Origin: Eledone cirrhosa
Lineage: Eukaryota
Direction of reading: 5' to 3'
DNA length: 32,473 nt
Assembly (NCBI GenBank): GCA_964016885.1
Contig: CAXHJY010001563.1
Coordinates: forward strand, 1-32,473
Below are positions 29,141 through 32,473 of this stretch, piece after piece; within the stretch, counting starts at the first letter, position 1; each line of letters opens with the position of its first letter. The notes under the pieces were generated by a model. It did no database searches. It was not told where the DNA came from and was given only the letters and a program-made list of their open reading frames with translations. The position numbers were made by a program, and so were the translations under genes.

Positions 29141-32100
29141 ATGAATCTGCGAGCTACCAAGCACCCACGTGAAGCGCCAACCCAGAGACCCTCCCCTACG
29201 AGTGTCGACAAATGCCCAAAACTCCGAGTTGGTACCATCAATGTAGGCTCAATGAAAGGAAGAGCAGGAGAAATCGTAGAAATGCTAGAGCGAAAGGAAG
29301 TTGATGTATGCTGTGTGCAAGAGACTAGATGGAGAGGAGGGTCTGCTAGAGTCCTTGTAGGAAAAAGCCAGTGCTACAAATTTTTCTGGGTGGGAAATGA
29401 CGATGGGATGGGTGGTGTAGGTATACTATTAGCTGACAAGTGGGTAGATAAAGTAATCTCAGTGTACAGGGTAAATGCAAGAATCATTAAACTCAGACTA
29501 GTCCTGAATAAGACAATTACCACAATAATATCAGCTTACGCACCCCAATCAGGGCTGCCAGACGAACTTAAGGATAGGTTTTACGAGTCCCTAATACACA
29601 CTACTGCTCTAACAGACGACAAGGACTTCCTAATCATTGCAGGAGATTTTAACGGACACGTAGGTAAACACTGCGACGGCTTCAATAGAGTACATGGAGG
29701 CCATGGAGTTGGCACAAGGAATGAGGAAGGATTCAGACTTCTAGAATTCTGCGACGCCAATGACATGTCGATATGTAACACAAACTTTAAAAAACCCGAC
29801 AACCACCTGATCACCTATAGATCAGGGGAGCACTCTAGTCAGTTAGATTTTATCCTCATCAGAGGACGTGACAGATGGACGGTCGTAAACACAAAAGCCT
29901 TCCCTAGTGAGGAATGTACATCCCAACATAGCTTAGTTGTCAGCGACCTCACGGTCAGAACTAGACGAGCCCTGAAACAGAGGCCAACCTGGAGAAGAAA
30001 GATCTGGAAGCTGAAAGTCCCCTCAACCAGTAACAGATTTAAAGATATTTTACTCAACGCCTACGACAGTAAAGAAGAACAGATAGAGACATTTAACGTA
30101 GAAGAGAACTGGGAGTTCCTAAAAAATAACTTACTAGAGGCGACGGATGAGGTTTGTGGCTGGAGTAAGACCTCAAGCAGGAGGAGAGTGACTTGGTGGT
30201 GGAACAATAAGGTAGATGAAGCAGTCAAGGCCAAGAGACAGGCATGGAAAGAATGGAAGAACGGGGGGAGCAGGGTACATTACATAGAGACCAAGAGGGA
30301 AGCTAGGCGACAAGTATACTTAGCTAGGAGGGAAGCAGAGGATAGAAAATTCAAGCATGTTTTACAACGTGAGGACCAGAAACAGGAGGTATTCAAGATT
30401 GCGAGGCAGTGTGTCAGAGATAGTTGTGATGTCATTGGAGAGAAGTGTATCCGGAATGATAAAGGTGAGCTTGCCCTCACAAGTGCTGAGAAGAAAGATG
30501 CATGGAAGAGTCATTATGATAGATTACTAAATGAGGAGAATGCATGGGAAGAAGAGACCCTACCCCACGTAGACCCTATAGAGGGACCAGCAGTACAAGT
30601 CAGCGGCAGCGTAGTAAGTAAGGCAATCAGAGATATGAAGATAGGGAAGGCAACCGGTCCATCGGGTATAGCTGCCGAGATGCTGAAGGCATCTGGGTCT
30701 GTAGGTCACACTATAACCACACGTATCGTTAACCAGGTAATACTAGAGGGGGCCATACCAAAAGATTGGTGCAGTAGCATCATTGTCAACTGCTACAAAG
30801 GTAAAGGCGATGCACTAGATAGAGGAAACTATAGAGGTATAAAGTTGATGGACCAGGTCATGAAAGTAACAGAAAGAGTTATAGCACAGCTGATTAGGGA
30901 CCGGGTGAATATAGACGAGATGCAATTTGGGTTTGTTCCAGGGAAAGGCACCACTGATGCGCTCTTCCTTGTGAGGCAATTACAGGAAAAGTACCTAGCT
31001 AAAAGTAAGCCACTCTACTTGGCATTTGTCGACCTTGAGAAAGCCTTTGACAGAGTTCCACGTGCAGTAATCTGGTGGGCTCTTAGAAAACTAGGAGTAG
31101 ATGAATGGCTTGTGAAAGCGGTACAAGCCATGTATAGGGGAGCAGTCAGCAAAGTTAGGATTGGCAATGAGTATAGCGAGGAATTTAGCGTACAGGTTGG
31201 GGTCCACCAGGGCTCTGTTCTTAGCCCTCTCCTGTTCATCATAGTCCTGCAGGCAATAACGGAGGAGTTTAAGACCGGATGCCCATGGGAACTCCTGTAT
31301 GCTGATGACCTCGCACTCATAGCTGAATCTATGGTAGAACTAGAGAATAAATTCCAAACCTGGAAGCAGGGACTAGAGAGAAAGGGCCTCAAAGTCAACA
31401 TGACAAAGACTAAGGTCCTTATAAGTAGACGAGAAAACAGAACCCAGATCCCCTCAGGGAAATGGCCTTGCTCAGTATGTAGGAAAGGTGTAGGTAGGAA
31501 CTCCATTCTTTGCCCCAAATGCAAACAATGGGTACACAAGAGATGTAGCGGGATCTCAGGAAGCTTAATTAAGAATGTAGGATTCACATGCAGCAGCTGT
31601 GCTGAAACAGCAAGCAAACAGCCACAGGAAACAAGTACCACCAATCTCTGGGAGGGCCCTGTAGAAACAGTAGACAGCTTCTGCTACCTAGGTGACCGAA
31701 TTAGCAACGGAGGTGGGTGCTCAGAAAGTACAATAACTAGGGTAAGAACGGGATGGAAGAAGTTTAGGGAACTACTACCACTGCTAGCTGCAAAAGGCTT
31801 CTCCCTCAGAATGAAAGGCAGACTGTATGATGCGTGTATCCGAACAGCGATGTTGCATGGTAGTGAGACCTGGGCGCTGAAGGTGGAAGACTTACGTAGA
31901 TTAGAGAGAAACGAAGCCTGCATGCTCCGATGGATGTGTAACAGTAATATACGTGAACGACAAAGCATAAATGAATTGAGAGAGAGACTGAGCATAAGAG
32001 GAATCAAATGCTGCGTGCAGGAGAGGCGGTTACGCTGGTATGGACATGTGATGCGTATGAAGAATGACAGCTGCATAAAAAGGTGCAGAGCACTAGAAGT

Positions 32101-32260
32101 TGATGGAAACCGCGGAGTGGGGAGACCCAAGATGACTTGGGATGAGGTGATAAAAGCCGACCTTACCCAACTACACCTCTCAAAGTCAATGACACACGAC
32201 CGTGACTTCTGGCGTCACGCAGTAATACAGGGTACCCGACCTCCCATGGGTACATGCTGA
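29141..32260 (+). CDS. RTE ORF: APE endonuclease + reverse transcriptase + PHD finger (1039 aa)
   Basis: Motifs VGTINVG, CVQETRW, SAYAPQ, AGDFNGHVG, QLDFIL, SQH; [34 protein letters not shown]4HC3 finger at 31469-31600. Uninterrupted reading frame. Confidence 0.95.
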   Translation: MNLRATKHPREAPTQRPSPTSVDKCPKLRVGTINVGSMKGRAGEIVEMLERKEVDVCCVQETRWRGGSARVLVGKSQCYKFFWVGNDDGMGGVGILLADKWVDKVISVYRVNARIIKLRLVLNKTITTIISAYAPQSGLPDELKDRFYESLIHTTALTDDKDFLIIAGDFNGHVGKHCDGFNRVHGGHGVGTRNEEGFRLLEFCDANDMSICNTNFKKPDNHLITYRSGEHSSQLDFILIRGRDRWTVVNTKAFPSEECTSQHSLVVSDLTVRTRRALKQRPTWRRKIWKLKVPSTSNRFKDILLNAYDSKEEQIETFNVEENWEFLKNNLLEATDEVCGWSKTSSRRRVTWWWNNKVDEAVKAKRQAWKEWKNGGSRVHYIETKREARRQVYLARREAEDRKFKHVLQREDQKQEVFKIARQCVRDSCDVIGEKCIRNDKGELALTSAEKKDAWKSHYDRLLNEENAWEEETLPHVDPIEGPAVQVSGSVVSKAIRDMKIGKATGPSGIAAEMLKASGSVGHTITTRIVNQVILEGAIPKDWCSSIIVNCYKGKGDALDRGNYRGIKLMDQVMKVTERVIAQLIRDRVNIDEMQFGFVPGKGTTDALFLVRQLQEKYLAKSKPLYLAFVDLEKAFDRVPRAVIWWALRKLGVDEWLVKAVQAMYRGAVSKVRIGNEYSEEFSVQVGVHQGSVLSPLLFIIVLQAITEEFKTGCPWELLYADDLALIAESMVELENKFQTWKQGLERKGLKVNMTKTKVLISRRENRTQIPSGKWPCSVCRKGVGRNSILCPKCKQWVHKRCSGISGSLIKNVGFTCSSCAETASKQPQETSTTNLWEGPVETVDSFCYLGDRISNGGGCSESTITRVRTGWKKFRELLPLLAAKGFSLRMKGRLYDACIRTAMLHGSETWALKVEDLRRLERNEACMLRWMCNSNIRERQSINELRERLSIRGIKCCVQERRLRWYGHVMRMKNDSCIKRCRALEVDGNRGVGRPKMTWDEVIKADLTQLHLSKSMTHDRDFWRHAVIQGTRPPMGTC

Positions 32261-32307
32261 AGCATATAAACAATATGCCCCCCCCCCCCCCCCCCACCGC
32301 AAGGTGG

Positions 32308-32403
32308 TCGTGGAGGTGCCACAGCAAAAAAGCACCCAGCCCACACTGTAAAGTGGACGTGTAGGCGCCACGAAAAAGCACCCAGCACTCACTGTAAATG
32401 AGG
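32308..32403 (+). other. Predicted tandem RNA pseudoknot array in the LINE 2 3' UTR (homologues at 13934-14032 and 24593-24691, minus strand)
   Basis: Two ~48-nt units, each with two interleaved stem pairs. Compensatory substitutions occur between units and between elements (see findings). Folded by hand only. Confidence 0.6.
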
Positions 32404-32473
32404 TTGGTGTTAGGAAGGGCATCCAGCTGTAGAAATCAAGCCAGATCAGTTCCTGTATGAGCAAGGCATGGTC

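Larger units (their letters stand above)
28941..32473 (+). mobile_element. RTE-clade non-LTR retrotransposon (LINE 2); 5' boundary uncertain, 3' end beyond the window
   Basis: Intact APE-RT ORF homologous along its length to LINE 1. The 3' UTR is homologous to the LINE 1 3' UTR. The tail is not reached within the window. Confidence 0.9.

Overview
Eukaryotic, gene-free transposon nest. About 18.5 kb (~57%) is one strand-polarised compound (TA)n/(TATG)n/(TG)n microsatellite field. Embedded in it are: (i) four same-orientation copies of a ~600-bp bipartite non-autonomous RTE-type retroposon, each with a structured 5' part, the C2H2 zinc-finger end of a LINE ORF, a 3' hairpin and a (TA)n tail, in two subfamilies ordered A-B-A-B; (ii) a 2.7-kb internally deleted Helitron with both termini and a frameshifted Pif1 helicase, plus a second 71-bp Helitron 3' end; (iii) two related RTE-clade LINEs with uninterrupted ~1040-aa ORFs (APE endonuclease, RT and an inserted PHD-type finger), plus a 5'-truncated remnant of the first; (iv) a nested tandem repeat and a ~200-bp orphan insert. 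The RTE 3' end (GGACGTTAAACG-(TGA)n) and the TA/TATG richness resemble cephalopod (octopus-like) repeats as I recall them; this is inference, not verified. The most novel-looking signal is a tandem array of four H-type pseudoknots with compensatory changes in the 3' UTR of both RTE LINEs. All long Y/I/M/C/V/H/T-rich ORFs are microsatellite artefacts.
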